Positions 48,129 to 61,900 of a stretch of 64,000 nucleotides of DNA are shown piece after piece. The first letter of the stretch is position 1, and every line of letters starts with the position of its first letter. The position numbers and the translations under genes were made by a program. The stretch covers positions 1,302,001 to 1,366,000 of the forward strand of contig JANHCV010000003.1 of the NCBI GenBank assembly GCA_025594325.1. Reading direction: 5' to 3'. The DNA is from Blastocladiella emersonii ATCC 22665. Its lineage: Eukaryota > Fungi > Blastocladiomycota. Under the pieces are notes generated by a model. It was not told the DNA's origin, did not search any database, and saw only the letters and a program-made list of their open reading frames with translations.

Positions 48129-48988
48129 TCACGGACGCAGGTCCGACTCGGACTCGATGGGCGGCGGCGACGCTTGGCCGCCCGCGGCCTTGGCGGCCTG
48201 GGTCATGGCGCGCGACTGGATGCACCCGGACACGAGGTACGGGTCGTACTTGATCTCGAACAGCTTGAGCAGCTCCTCGGCGTCGTTGTACTGGTACGAC
48301 GACCAGTCGTCGAGTGCCGCCTTGCGCAGGTGCGCCTGCACCTCGGCCGTCGCGAAATGCTGCGCGTGCCGGTCGATGGTGCGCAGCATGTACAGGTACA
48401 GGCAGCTGCACGTGTAGATGCGCTACACATGACGCTTGTGAGTGGGGATGACGGGAAGGGGAGGAGAGGCGGGGAAAGCGTACCACTTCGTCGTCGACGT
48501 GGCTGATCCGCTCGAGCAGGATCGCGAGCAGGCCGCGCGAGTCGAGCGACTCGATGAGCGCCGCGCTCCCGCGCACCATCACGTTCAGCGTGCGCAGCGC
48601 GGCCACGACCACCGGGATCGGCTGCGTGCGCTCCGACGTGAAGATGGCGAGCAGCCCGTCGATGATGCGCGGGTCCGCGACGAGGGCCTACCGTGTCATG
48701 GAGGCGTCAGCATGAGGTGCTTGCGGCTGAGCATGCGCAAGGGGGACGAACCGAACCGTATCGAGCGTCTCTCCTCCGTGGTACACGATGTGGCCGATCT
48801 CGACGCAGGCTACACTCCGCCAAACCGTCAGCGGGACGGTCACGGCGAGATCTGCTCGCTCAGTGCGCACCTTTGACGCGGAGCGACGTGTTGGCGCTGT
48901 ACAGGCGCTTGACCTCGGCCTGCAGCGCGATCAGGTACGGCGACGTGAGGTCCTCGGCGTTCTGGTTGCGCGATCCCGGGCCCGGCAT
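48129..48988 (-). CDS. Armadillo-like helical domain protein, ARMH2-like (4 exons, ~220 aa)
   Basis: Spliced product includes RVKACVEIGHIVYHGG and VQAHLRKAALDDWSSYQYNDAEELLKL. These resemble, from memory, human ARMH2 RAQAAQKIGLLAFTGG and [24 protein letters not shown]. Confidence 0.6.
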
Positions 48989-49745
48989 GATGATGGTTTC
49001 GGTCTAGTTGGATGGTTTCATTCGCTTCCTGTGACGATTAATTGAGGGACGACGCCGAACGTCCGAGTGGGGCGTGCCTGAACGACGCGTCGCGCGTGAC
49101 GCGTCTCTCACACGAGAAAAAAAATGTCTCGCGGCCGGCGTCACATGATTGTTTCACGCGTGAGACGCGCGCCCGCCTCGCGCCTCGCGCGTGGGCCGGC
49201 CCAGAACGGCTCGGTCTCCCGCTGGCCCCGGTGCCTCGCATGCCCCACTACAACAACACGTCGGCGGAAGCACCAGGGCAGACGGGCGGAACCCTTGATG
49301 CCCGCCCGCCACGCGAGCGCGCACGCGCGCACCGTTCGCGACTCATGCTCGGTCATCGCGGCGCCGCTCGTGCCCTGTCTGTCTCGCACCCGATTCGCAA
49401 CCTGCTATTCGTGCCGCTCACGAGGCTGCTCGAGCTTCGCGCTTCGCGTGTGCGCTGCGATCCCGATCATGTATTGCAAACTCGTCCGCGGGCGATTGAC
49501 GGAGCACCACTGACTGACTTGCAGCAACTCTTGTAACCGCATTGCCCCCAGTGGACTACCTGGTGGCCGACCCTCCCCATCCGGCGACCACGCATATCGA
49601 TCGAACCCAACCCCGCTCGCTACACTCGAACCCGACCTATCCCCGTGGTGTCTCCTCGACTGCGAGACCCCGGCCCACCTACTACCCTCTTTCCCTCACC
49701 GATCCATACCCGTGTCCATCCCTACCCCCCGCCGTCGACACCGCC

Positions 49746-52476
49746 ATGGCCCCTGAGCCGAGCTCGCTGGCCACCGGCACCATCCTGCCCGCGCCCGACC
49801 ATCCACCACCAGTGCCGCCGCCCGAGTTTGCGTCGCAGGGCCGGCAACCGCGGTCGCCGTCGCGCACCGTGAGCGAGGGCGGCGACAAGCTCGGCGGGAC
49901 GGGTCCGCGGTCCGGGCTCAAGTACGGCGTGCGGTCGCAGCTGAGCCGGTCCAACACGATGCCGATGCCCGACTCGCCGCCGCTCGCGGGCGGCGGGGGC
50001 GCCGAGGACCGGCCGCGCGAGACCAAGCCGCCGCGGCGCATGTTCTCGACGAGCCGCGAGTTTGCCGGGATGCACCGCGACAACTCCATGTTCAGCGAGC
50101 GCAGCACCAACTCGGTGACGGGCAGCGGCGCGCTCGCCGACGGCTTCAACGCCAACAGCAAGTCGCTGCTCGACGGCAACCGCATCACGTCCATTGAGGC
50201 GCTCATCAGCTCGGTCGCCAGCCTCAAGTACTACCCGGGCAGCGGTACTACGACGTCGACGAGCAGCGGCGTCACGAGCCGCGCCTCCGACAGCACCGGG
50301 TCCAAGATCACATCCACGTCGCAGCCGTTCGACGGCAACACGGTGCTCTTCGACCCCAACGACCACTTCTTCTCGCCGACCGAGAGCGAGACCCCGACCG
50401 AGTACGACGGGTCGCGCATCCCGACGCGCCGCGCCACCGCCGAGGAGCACCTCGCCAAGACCCCGCGGCCCGTCGCGTGGGGGTCGACCAACGTCGGCCC
50501 GCCACCACCCGCGACCACGAACCAGCTGATCCCGTCGCTCCTGTTCAGCGCGCTGCACTCGGTCCAGGCCTCGGGCCTGTCGGGCTCGTCCATGAACCTC
50601 GACAGCTCCTTCAACAGCGTCAGCGGCCACCCGTCGCCGCTCATCGTGACCGTGTCGCCGCGCACCGGCCCGCGGTTCGACCTGACCATGTCCTCGCCCG
50701 GCGCGTCCACGGCCGCGCTGCACTCGCGCAACCAGAGCCTCTCGCGCGGGTCCGTCTACGATTTCACGCTCGGCACCGACCTCGCCTCGTCCGGTGCGAT
50801 GGGCGGGAGCCAGCTGCTACTCGGCGCGAGCGGCGGGGGCAGCGATATGCCGTCGATCCGCATCGACGGGTCCAACATGAGCCTCGCGCACTTCCCGTCG
50901 TCCACGGGCACCGCGCGCCGCATGTCGTCGATCCAGCTGCCCGAGATCAGCCTCGACGGCGGCATCTCCATCACGCTGTCCGAGGCGCCGGGCGACGACA
51001 GCAACGACCGCGACCGGGACCGCGACTCGCCGCGGTCGAGCACGGGCGCGTCGCGCGGGTCGTCGTCCGAGCGGGTCCCGCGGTCGCCACAGATCTCGGT
51101 GACGATCCCGTCGGGCGCGTTGGGCCTGTTCCTCGACGTTGGCGACGGCGCGCCGGAACCCGCGCCGCTCGGCGCGGCCCCGAAACCCGTGTCGCTGTTC
51201 TCGCTGCACGACGGGAACAAGCTGTCGGCGCACGACCTGTCGCGGACGCCCGAGATGCCGACCATGAACCTGACGCCGCGCGACACGGGCATGGGCGCGG
51301 GCCGGTCGCTGCTGGTGGGCGCGCTCGACGGGTCGACGGCGTGGTCGTCCGTGTCGCTCAACATTGCCGAGCCCGTGTCGCCCTTCACGCTGCCCGACGC
51401 GGTCTACGAGGACCCGGCGTTCACGCGCGTGCGCGAGTCGGTCCACCCGAAGCCGACGACGCGGCTCGCCAAGTTCAACAGCTGCTCGTCGCTGCACATC
51501 CTCGCCACGCCGTGTAACTCGGACCTGAGGGATATGGTCAACCTCGTCGCGTGCGGGCTCCACGACATGATCCTCGACGCGCACCGCAGCCGCAACTTTC
51601 GCACGCACCGGCTCTTCTCCGAAGACATCTTCCCGCTCATCGTGCGTTCCCTCTCTCCCGCCTGTCCAGTCGAGAACGGCCTCATACTGACGCGCGAACT
51701 CGTACATGTAGCGCGGACAATCCGTGTCGCACCCGTTCAACCCGCCGACGTGCGACGCCGTATTCAACTTTCTGTTCTCGATCTTCGACGCGGCACAGCT
51801 CGGGTCCGAGATCTGCATCATCACGCTCGTGTACCTCGACCGCATGCTCACCAACTCGCGGCTCAACATCTTCTCGGCCAACTGGCCGCGCATGGTGCTG
51901 GGCGCGCTGCTGCTCGCGGCCAAGGTGTGGGACGACCAGGCCGTGTGGAACGTCGACTTTTGCACCCTGTTCCCGGACCTGCGCGTCAAGGACACGTACG
52001 TCAACTGGCACAAGAGCGCGAACCGAGCAAAGAACTAACCGCGTCAAGCATGTAGCAATGAGCTGGAACGCTTCTTCATCGAGTCGTTGCACTTCAACGT
52101 CTCAGTCCGGCCCGCCGTGTTCGCGCGGTACTACTTTGCCCTGCACGACAAGTTCGGTGCGCTGGCGCCGAAACCAATATCGGTGCGCGCCGCCATCAAG
52201 CTGCACGCGTACCCGCGCGCGGGGCGCGACCCCGTCACGCAGTTGCCGGAGCTCCGCGTCAACCCGCCCGCGCCGCGCGCCTTCTCGCCCGCGACCGCCT
52301 CGTCGCCCGCGCTCGCCGACGAGTACGAAGGGCCCGACGGGCTCGCGGCCCCCGCGTCGCTCGACGGCGTCGTCCCGACCATGCCCACGGCCATGGCCGC
52401 GCAGCGGATCACAGGGATGCGCCGCGTCCGATCCGACTACACGTTCGCCGAGACGGTGCCGGCGTCCATCATGTAG
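49746..52476 (+). CDS. Cyclin Y-like cyclin with long disordered Ser-rich N-terminus (3 exons)
   Basis: KFNSCSS (cf. CCNY KYSSCST); IITLVYLDRML; NWPRMVLGALLLAAKVWDDQAVWNVDFC; NELER...FNVSVRPAVFARYYFAL. Confidence 0.85.
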
Positions 52477-52747
52477 CCGCAACGCCGGGTGGGCGACGGC
52501 CGGCGAGCCGCCCTGACGTGGACCGCGTGTGTGACATACAATCCAAATCCATAGTTTGTTCCATTCGATTTCATACAGCGCAAGCAGGGGTTGGGGAGAG
52601 AGGACCGACCGCCGCGGCGCCCGCGCTCTTCACCACCATCGAGACGCCCGCCATGAACCTGTCCGTCGCCAATCAAACCATGCATCTCGACTGGCGGCAA
52701 CTGACGCCGATCCACGTCCTAGTCCCCGGCATGTTCTCGCGCTGACG

Positions 52748-54455
52748 ATGCGCCGGCGGTGGCTGACCTCGACCGCCGCGCCAGCGCCAAGCGAGCTGAC
52801 GATGCTGCGCCTGTGGGCCGCGCCGCCATCGGCCAAATCCGACGCCTCGTCGCGCACATCCGTCGCCGCCATGGTTCCGCAGGAGACTGTGCAGGTGCCG
52901 TGGACGAGCGACGCCGACGTGAGCGCGGCCGTTCAGCGCGCGCGCGACGCGTTCGAGGGCAAGTGGGGCGCCGTGTCGCCGGCGACGCGCCGCGACCATC
53001 TGTGGCGGATCGCGACCGTGATTGACGAGCACGTCGACGCGCTCGCGCTGCTCGAGGCGCGGCAGACGGGGAAGCCGCTGCACGAGGCCCGCGGCGAGGT
53101 CAAGGAGGCGGCCGAGGTGTTTCGGCACTATAGCGGTGCGGTCTCTCGTGTCTCTGTTTGTTGATGTGCATTCGCTGACGCGTTCTGTGTGCGAAGGCTG
53201 GGCGGACAAAGTCCAGGACGCGGTGCACGACCTGAGCGGGCCGGGCAGCCCGCACCGCGAGGGCCGCGTGGTCGCTGTCCCGAAGGGCGTCGTCGCCGCC
53301 ATCACGGCGTTCAACTACCCGATCCTCCTCGCCGCGTGGAAGCTCGCGCCGGCCCTCGCCGCAGGCAACGTACGACTACACCCGCGACTCTGCTCTACCC
53401 GCCTGCTAACCCTTCACCCCCACAGACGGTCGTCATCAAACCCGCCGAGACCACGCCGCTGACGATCCAGTCTCTCGCCGCCGCCGTGTCGCAGTCGCAC
53501 CGGGACCTGCGCGACGTGATCCAGGTCGTGACGGGCGGCGCGCGTGTCGGCCGCACGCTCGTCGCGCACCCGGCCGTCGAGCACGTCAGCTTCACGGGGT
53601 CCACGGCGGCCGGCGAGGCCATGGCGCGCGCGCACCCGCTCAAGACCATGACGCTTGAGCTCGGCGGGAAGAACGCGATGTACGTCGACCGGTCCGCGGA
53701 CCTCGAGCTCGCTGTCGCCACGGCTGTGGATGCCGGGTGGACCAACGCGGGGCAGAATTGCTGCGCTGCGTCGCGAATCATTGTGCACGAGGAGGTCCAC
53801 GACGCGTTTGTCGAGCGGCTGGTCAAGGCGCTCGGCAAACGGATCGGGATCGCGCCCAAGTCCATGTATAACGTCGCCAACTGCATGGGGCCGCTCGGTA
53901 CGCGATTTCCCGCTCGCGCAACAAAAGAGTGAAGCTCACGCCGTTCTTTCGTCGCTAGCGCACATCCAGCAGGCCGAGCGGGTCCGCGATCTCCTGGCGC
54001 AGCACGCCGCGGGCCTGACGCAAGCGTACCCGCCCACGCCAACCGACCCGTCGCGCCCGCTGACCGACGCGTCGATCCCGCCGGCCCTCGCCGCGCAGTG
54101 GGTCCCGCCGACGCTGTACACGGGCGTCGCGGTGGACCACGCGCTGGCGCAGACCGAGCTGTTCGGTCCCGTTGTGTGTGTGCTTCGCCCCGTGCGCAGC
54201 GTCAACGAGGCTGTGGCGGCGGCCAACGCGACGCCGTTCGGGCTCGCGTCCGGGATCGTGGCGGCCGACGAACCGGCGATCCGCGAGTACACGCGGCGCG
54301 TGCGCGCGGGCATGATGTGGGTGAATACTTGGAACCTGACGCCGGCGCGGGTCCCGTTCGGCGGGTGGGGCGCGTCGGGCCGCGGGCGCGAGCTCGGCGG
54401 GATGGCCGGGATGGCCGAGTACCTCAACATCAAGACCATCATTCGCGAGGAGTAG
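52748..54455 (+). CDS. NAD(P)-dependent aldehyde dehydrogenase (4 exons; start approximate)
   Basis: [50 protein letters not shown] (catalytic Cys), [19 protein letters not shown]. Confidence 0.93.
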
Positions 54456-54496
54456 TAGTAGTTCTAGTACATGTATTGCCCTCCTACCCGCCCAAA

Positions 54497-57400
54497 CTAG
54501 GTCCCGGACCCGCCACGTCGTCCCTTCTTCGCGTCCGCGCTGCCCGGCCGGCTCGCCGCGGACTTGATAAAGTTGAGGATCCCCTGAGCCCGCGACTTGC
54601 CGGTGCCCGCGGACTGCGTGGGCGGCGGCAGCGGGACGATCTGCGACGAGTTGCGCCTGGACCCCTGGGACCCGCGGCGCGACGAGCCGCGCGTCGACCC
54701 GCCCTTGGACGACGACGCCGACGGCGGGAGCAGGCTGAGCTGCGCGAGCTCCGGGAACATGGGCTCGAGCGCCGGGAACAGCGAGTACGGCAGCTTGGTG
54801 TCGCGGTCGTCGTCGTCGGGCGGCACGTCGTTGGGCGTGGTCGGGCGGCCGAGGACCGGCGGCGGCGGCGGGAATATGGGGCTGCCCGCTGAGCCGCCGG
54901 CGGCCGCGCCGGCACCGCCGCCGCGCGACAGCGTCCGCGGGGACACGGGCCGCGCGATCTCGCCCTTGCCGCGGCCGAGCGTGACGGCGGCGTGGACCAT
55001 GGCCGCGTCGGCCGTCAGCGTCGGCAGCGGGACGTACGGTCCCTCGGCGAGGTCCGACGGGTGCACGTTGAGGAAGGCGTGTTTCCGGATTGCGTGCAGC
55101 GTGGCGCGGGCCGCGGGGTCTTTCGCGAGGGCCATGCGCAGGAGCGCGGCGAGGTCCGGATGCGCGTCGGCGGGGAGGTCCATGTCGGCCTGCTTGATCT
55201 GCTCGTACAGGCCCATGACGTTGGACCCGGGCAGGTCAAAGGGGAAGTCGCCGAAGGCCATGTTGTACAGCGTCACACCCGACGCCCACACGTCCACCTT
55301 CTCGCCCGACGGGTGCATCTCGCCCGCGGCCACCTCGGGCGACATGTACTGGTGCGTCCCCGCAAAGTTCTGGCACTGGTCGGTCCCGTCGTACGGCGTC
55401 AGCACCTCGGCCACGCCGAAGTCTGAGATCTTGAGCACGCCGTCCAGCGTCAGCAGCAGGTTCGCCGGCTTGATGTCGCGGTGAACTATGTGCCGCGCGT
55501 GCAGGTACTCGAGCCCGTCAATGAGCTGGATCATGTAGCTACACGGTGAGAGTGGGTTAGCGAGATCAGGTCACCGATCACCGCGAGACGTACTCTTGGA
55601 CCTGGTGGAGCGGGATCTTGCCGTCGGGCGCCGCGTCAAGGAGCGACTGGAGGTTCCCGTGGCAGTACTCGAAGACGAGGTACCGCTTGTGGACCTTGTA
55701 CCCCATCTCGGTTTCCTCGGTGGCGGTCCACGGCACGGTATCCTCGTTGCCGTCGTCGTCCTCGACCTTGGCGAACACGTCGAGCAGGCGCACGACGTTC
55801 GGGTGGCCACGGATCCGGCGGAGCGTCTGGATCTCATGGGTGACGGCCTCAATCCCAAACTGGATCTTGCGCAGACGCTTGTGGGCGACGATCTTGACGG
55901 CGACGGGCTGCAGCAGCTCCGAGCACATGCCGTCCTTGACCTTGCCGAAGCTGCCCTTGCCAATCACGTCGCCGAGCAGGTACGGGCCGACGAACTTGGC
56001 CTTGGGCTGCTGGCCCGTGTCCCACACCACGTCGCGCGACTCCATGCGCGAGATGAAGTTGTTGGACGCGAACGCGTTGTTGGACGCGAACTTGCGCGAC
56101 GCCTGCAGGAAGCTGCTGTACTGCCCGCCGTCGCCGTCCGCCAGCGGTGCCGTGTACCCGACCTCGCCGTTGCCGCGGCCGGCCTGGTGGTAGTGCGGCT
56201 GCTGCCCGTACTCGTCGCCCGTGCTCAGGAACAGGTTGCGCGCCGACGCCAGCGGGTCGATGCTCGGGTCTGCCACCGCCGCGCTGCTGGGCCGCGCGGG
56301 CGCCGCGGGCTGCTGCTGATGAGGAGGCCGCGCGGGGCCTTGTCGTAGCGACAGCCGCGACGACGACGTGCCGGCCTCGCGGTCACGCCCGGGCCCGACG
56401 ATCCGGACGCCGCTGGACCCGGACCCGGACCCGTGCGGGTCGTCGCCGTCGTCGTCCTCGTCCGGGTCGTAGTACCGGTCGACACCGAACCCACCCTCCT
56501 CCTCGTCGTCGTCGTCCGTGTTGGCCATGCGATCCCCTCGATCCCCCGGCTCGGGATCGTCGTCGAGGTCAAACTCGACCGTCTCGTGGGCCTCCTCCTC
56601 GCGCACCGTGGGCGTGATGCGGATCGACGGGTTGCTGAGTCCGAGCGAGCGCGACGACGCGTTGAGCCGCGGCGGCGCCCCGCCCGCGGTTCGGTTGGCG
56701 AGCATCCGCGCACTCCCGCCGTTGCTGCTCCCGCCCGCCTCGCTCTCGCTGTCGCCCGCGTCGTCGTCGCCGCCCGACACGCTGATCACGGGCACCGAGA
56801 GGACCGCGGACCCGTGCGCCGCTGCTGGACTTCCAAGCGCGGCCGGCATCGCAGCCGCCTTGGGCGCGGGCGGGAGCGTGCTACTGGGCGTCTCGGGCGG
56901 CGACGCGCACAGGACGGCCGCGGACCCGCTCGCGGGCGACTTGATGGGCGGCGTACGCGTCGGCGACCCGGACCCTGAGCCCGACACAGACATCTCGCCC
57001 TCGGTCGCGGCGCGCGGCTGCATCGACTTGCTGCGCGACCGCACGACGCTCGACAGGAGCGCGGACCCGGACCGCTGCACCATGGCGCTGATGGACCGCT
57101 CGCGCACGCTGCCCGTCAGGCTGCCGCCCGAGCTCGTGGTCCCGGGCGACCGGTAGTTGGCATTGGCGGCTGCTGCGATAATGGTCGCCTGCCGCGTGCC
57201 CGGGATCGCGCCCGTGCTGCTGCTGCTAGCGGCGGCGGCGAGGATGTTGCCCGCGGACCCCGACGGCGAGATGCCCGCGGCAGCCGGCGGCGGGCCGTGC
57301 GTGTGCGTCGTGCGCGTGTTGGACGCGGCGTGCGGGTGGGCCGCGGGCGCCGATGTCGGCGCGGCGCCAGTCGAGATGGAGGCCATGGCGTCGCCGCTCG

Positions 57401-58427
57401 GCGAGCGCGAGGGTCCGCCGCCAATGCGCGCCGTGAAGAAGCTGGACGAGCGGGACGCGCGGTGCGAGGACGCAGGTGACCCACCGCCGGGAGCGTTGCC
57501 GCCCGCGGCCGAAACGGCGCCCGCCATACTGCCCGAGCGCGAGAGCATGGGCGGGGTCGGGGCCTCGGACAGCGTGACGGACTTGGCCATGGACCGCGAG
57601 CGCGAGCGGAGCACGACTTTCGAGAGGGTCCCGCTGGGCGAGCCCGTGGCGAGCGGGTACGACGACCCGACGCCGTTGGAGATGGGCGCGTACGGGGCCG
57701 TGATGTTACGTCGTCCCGTCCCGAACGCCGAGCTCGGCGTTGATGGGGAATCGAGCGGGGCCTCGGTCGTCGGCGACTGCGGCGGCGTGTCCTGCGGGAG
57801 CCCCGGGATCGGCTGCAGCGTGAACGGCGCCATGGGCGTGACGAGGGCGAGCGCCGAGTGCGGCGATACCGGTTCCCCTGCCGCAGCGGGCGCGGGCAGG
57901 TGGTCGCGCAGCGGGGCTGACGCCGAGCGCGACGACCGGTCGAGCGTGCTCTGGCCCGTCCCGAGCTGCGTCGCGCGCCGCCACGTATCCGTCGTGGTCG
58001 TCGTGACGCCCGAGTCGCGGTCCCGTTCCCGTTCGCGCTCGCGATCGTCGTCGCGCTCGCACGTCGTCGGCGTCTTGCGCAACATGGCGGCGTCCGATTC
58101 GGCGCGGCGCTGGGCCTCGGCGATCGCCGACAGCGACCGGCACAGCTGGTCGATGTTGTGCATGGACAGCGTCTGGCCGTTCTCCTCGGCCTCGCGGTTC
58201 TGGCCGAGCACCGCCGAGGCGTCGGCCGACCGCGACGACGTGAGCCCGAGCGCGAGCGCGCCGTGGCTGCGGCTCTGCCCCATGGGCGCCGCTGGATCGG
58301 GCGGCCGTCGTTCTCGCTCGGCGTCAGCGGGCATCGCGGGCGGCGGCGGCGGCGGCGGTCCCGCGGAAGCCGATGCGGCGAGTGGTGGTGCTGGTGGTTT
58401 TGGTGGGTCCGTTTCGTGCGGCTCCAT
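54497..58427 (-). CDS. LKB1/STK11-like Ser/Thr kinase with ~800-aa disordered N-terminus, join(55594..58427,54497..55538), ~1291 aa
   Basis: GKGSFGKVKD...AVKIVAHKRLRKIQFGIEAVTHEIQTLRR; HRDIKPANLLLTLDGVLKISDFGVAE; KVDVWASGVTLYNM. These match the LKB1 pattern (KKLRRIPNG; NLLLTTxxxLKISDxGVAE). Confidence 0.8.
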
Positions 58428-58941
58428 GGTTGAGGGCTAGACGGGAACGGGCAAGGTCAGCGCCTTGCACGTCGTGGCCCGCGTGCGCGCGAGCGATACA
58501 TGCGTTACTCGCGGCAATCCCGCATCGTTGAGCGTGAACAGGAGGTGGTCTAGCCCTCAATCCGGGTCCTCGAAGCTCGCTTGGCCCCTGCGGGCTATCG
58601 CACCGCGGCGGCGACAATACGACCGGGTGGTTTGCCGTGGGTGGGAGAGATGGCCGCGGGAGGGGAGACAACGGCGGCGGACGCGTCTCGCATCACCTGA
58701 TTGTGGCGCACGCGGCGCGTTGTTCATTTCACCCTCACCACCACGAAGGAGGCACAGTTCGAGTTTGAAATGGTTGCATTCTTTGTGGGGGAGGGGGGTG
58801 GTCGTGAGATCGAGCAGAAATGCGCCGGGCGAGGCAAGAGTGGAAGAAGCGGTGGGTGGGGAGAAAGTGCGATATCGCGCGCGCCCATCAAGGGCGCGGG
58901 CGAGTGAGAGAGGGAGGGAATGGGATCAGACAACATCACCG

Positions 58942-61900
58942 TCATGCGCCAACGACGCTCCGCCCGGCAGCGCCGTGTAGTGACGCCATATCGACGGCCA
59001 TGTCGTCGCTCGAGCTGGACCCAGGCAGGACGCACGACGACGCGGGGCGCGGGGTCGCAACGGGCGTGTTCCCCGTCGGGACACCCGCGAGGGCGCGGAG
59101 CGCCGCGAGCACATCGTGGGCGCCGTCGCGGTGCGCGGCGAGGTCGATGGCCGTGTGGTCGTCGACGTCGCGGAGGCACACGAGCATGGTGACCTGGTCG
59201 GCCGGGTGCGACGCGACGAGGTACGCCGAGAGCGTCTGCAGGTAGTACTTGGCGGCGGCGAGCCCGCGCATGTTGGCCATGGTCATGGCGTGCACGAGGT
59301 GGTGCAGCACCGTGCGCCCGCGCGTGTCGACCTGCCACAGGCTGTCGGCGAGGGCGACGAGCACCTCGGGGAACGTCTGGGCGTCGTAGTTGTTGGGCCC
59401 GACGACGGCGCGCATGAGCGGGGTCTCGCCGGCCGCGTTGGCGCGGCACACGTCGGCGCCGCGCGCCACGAGCTCGCGGAGGACGGGCAGCCGCGCGAGC
59501 GCCGCGGCCCAGTGCAGCGGCGTGTTCCCCTGGTCGTCGATCACCAGGTTCACGTCGGCGCACTTGTCGGCGGCGGCAATCAGGTCGGCCGCCTGCCCGG
59601 CGTCCTGCGCCAGGAACACGGCCATCCACTGGTTGCGCGACCGCTCCTGCGCGCGCGCCGCCGACCCCGCGGCATCGTCGCCGTCGCCCGCCTCGTCCTG
59701 GAACACCTGCATGAACATGGGCGAGGTCGGCGTGCGGGTCCCCGTCGTGCTCTGCGACCGCGGCACCACCGCCACCTTGAGGTTGAACGACATGGGCGTC
59801 GTCGCGCTCGAGTAGCCCGTCATGTTCGCGTTCCACCCGAACATGGTGCTGGAGCTCGCGCTGCCGCCGGTCCGGTAGAACCCGTCTTGTGGGCCGACGG
59901 AGGCGGACCCCTCAGCCGCGGCCATGACGAGCGGCAGGCCCTCGGTCGACGCCGACGGCGTGAGCCCGGTCCCGCTCGAAGGGTACCCGTACTCGAAGTG
60001 CTGCTGGTTCAGGCGCAGCGGTTTTCTGGACTGCGACGACGAAGCGCACGACAGCGACGACGGCTGTTGCGACGACATGGACATGACGTCCTGCGAGGAA
60101 GAGGAAGAGGAGGAAGTTGAGCCCGTGGCACTTGACGTGGTTGATCCAGCACCGCCCATGGTATTCGAGCCGGCGATAGCGGCGGCGGCGGCCGCGAGGG
60201 TATCGGGGTTGTTGGCGGCCGCGGCGCCGTAGCCCTGGTAGAAGAGGCAGCTCGACAGCGGGACGCGCGAGGGCGCGGCGGACGGGGCCGACGGCGAGTA
60301 GAGCCCGGCGCCGGCGGTATAGTCGATGCCGTCCATGAACACGCCGCCGTGGTGTTGTTGTTGTTCGAACCGGTGGTGGTGGTAGTGGTGCAGGTCCATG
60401 CCGTGGCCGCCTGTTGCGCTTCCGCTACTCGCCGCACCGGCGCCAGCGCCGCCGTGGACAGCGGGCGTCATGGTATCGAGCCTTGGCGACGGCGTGCCGA
60501 ACGAGTCGGCGTCGTCGCCGTGGTCGTAGTAGATGCTCTCGTCGTGGACAACGACGTTGGACGACTGCGCGAGCGGGACGTGGTGGTGCTGGGCGGGTGG
60601 CGCGGGGAGCCCGCCGAGCGGGAACTGGACCGAGGACCGGCGGAACGGGCCGGCGGGCGCGGTCACGTCGAAGTCCATGCCGGCGCCGGCGGCGGCCGAC
60701 GACGACACGTCGCTGTGGGCGGACGGGCTGCTGTGGACGCCGGCGGCCGACAGGAACGGGCCGCCGATGGCGGGCGCGGCCGACGACGGACGCGTGAAGA
60801 GCGCACCCGTGCTCATCTTGCGCTGCTGCTGCGACGACGCAAAGTGCGGGTGCGGGTGGCCCATGGTCGGGTACGAGCCGCGGCGCGCCTCGACGAGGTT
60901 CCCGCCGTGGTGCTGTTGCTGTTGCTGGTGGTGCTGCGAGTGGAAGTGGCCCGACGAGCCGTGGCCCTGGCCGAAGAGCAGCGAGCCCGAGTTGGACGGC
61001 GGGCCCTGCGACGCGGCGGCGGCCGCAGCAGCTGCCGCGACGGCCGCGGCCATGGCGTTCGGGTTGGGCTCGTGGTGGTGCTGCTGCTGGTGGTGGTGGT
61101 GGAAGTGCGACGCGGACCCGCCGCAGCTGCTGGACGACATGTCGCTGAGGACCGAGGTGCGGTCCGAGTAGTGCGATCCCGACGCCGCGGACGCGGCGAG
61201 CATGGCGGCCGAGGGCCCGTGCGCGGGGTGCACGCGGGTCGGCGCGAACCCGGCGGGCACGCCGGGCGGGGGCGACGGGTCACCGTACATGTGTGCGTAG
61301 TGGTGCGGGTGGTGCGGGTGGTGCGGATGGTGGTGGTGGTGCGGGTGCATGCCGGGGTGGCCGCTGGGGTGGCCGCCGTGCATGGGGAGGAGCGAGCCGG
61401 CCCGCGCGTTCATGGCCGCGGCGCCGCCGTGCATGCCCGGGTTGGCGGCGGCCGCAGCGGCGGCGGCGGCGTTGCGCGCGCTCGCGTTGGGCTTCGGGCG
61501 CGCGCTCATGGTGGCCGGGTCAAAGTCGATGATGGGCTGCACGAACTCGAGGATGCCGTACTGGCGCGAGATCTCGATGCCGCGCTCGAACGGGATCCTG
61601 CATGGCGGGGCGGGGCGGAACGGGATGGACGGGTCAGAAACGCGAGACAATCGGGGGGCGGAGACAATTTGGCGGAACGCGGAACGCGTGCACGCGGGCG
61701 GCTGCGTGACCCACGCGTGGATGAGCACGCGAGCGGCGCGCCACGGGCGAACGCCCTAGCTCCATTCTCGCGCTCACACGCCGAACGCCCAAGGGGAGGA
61801 GAACGTACCAGGTGCCCTGGTACTTTCCGTAGCCGCCCTGCACCTTCTCGTGCACGCCCTTGGCCACGTCGCGCTCGAGGATCTTGGTGCGCCTTGCCTT

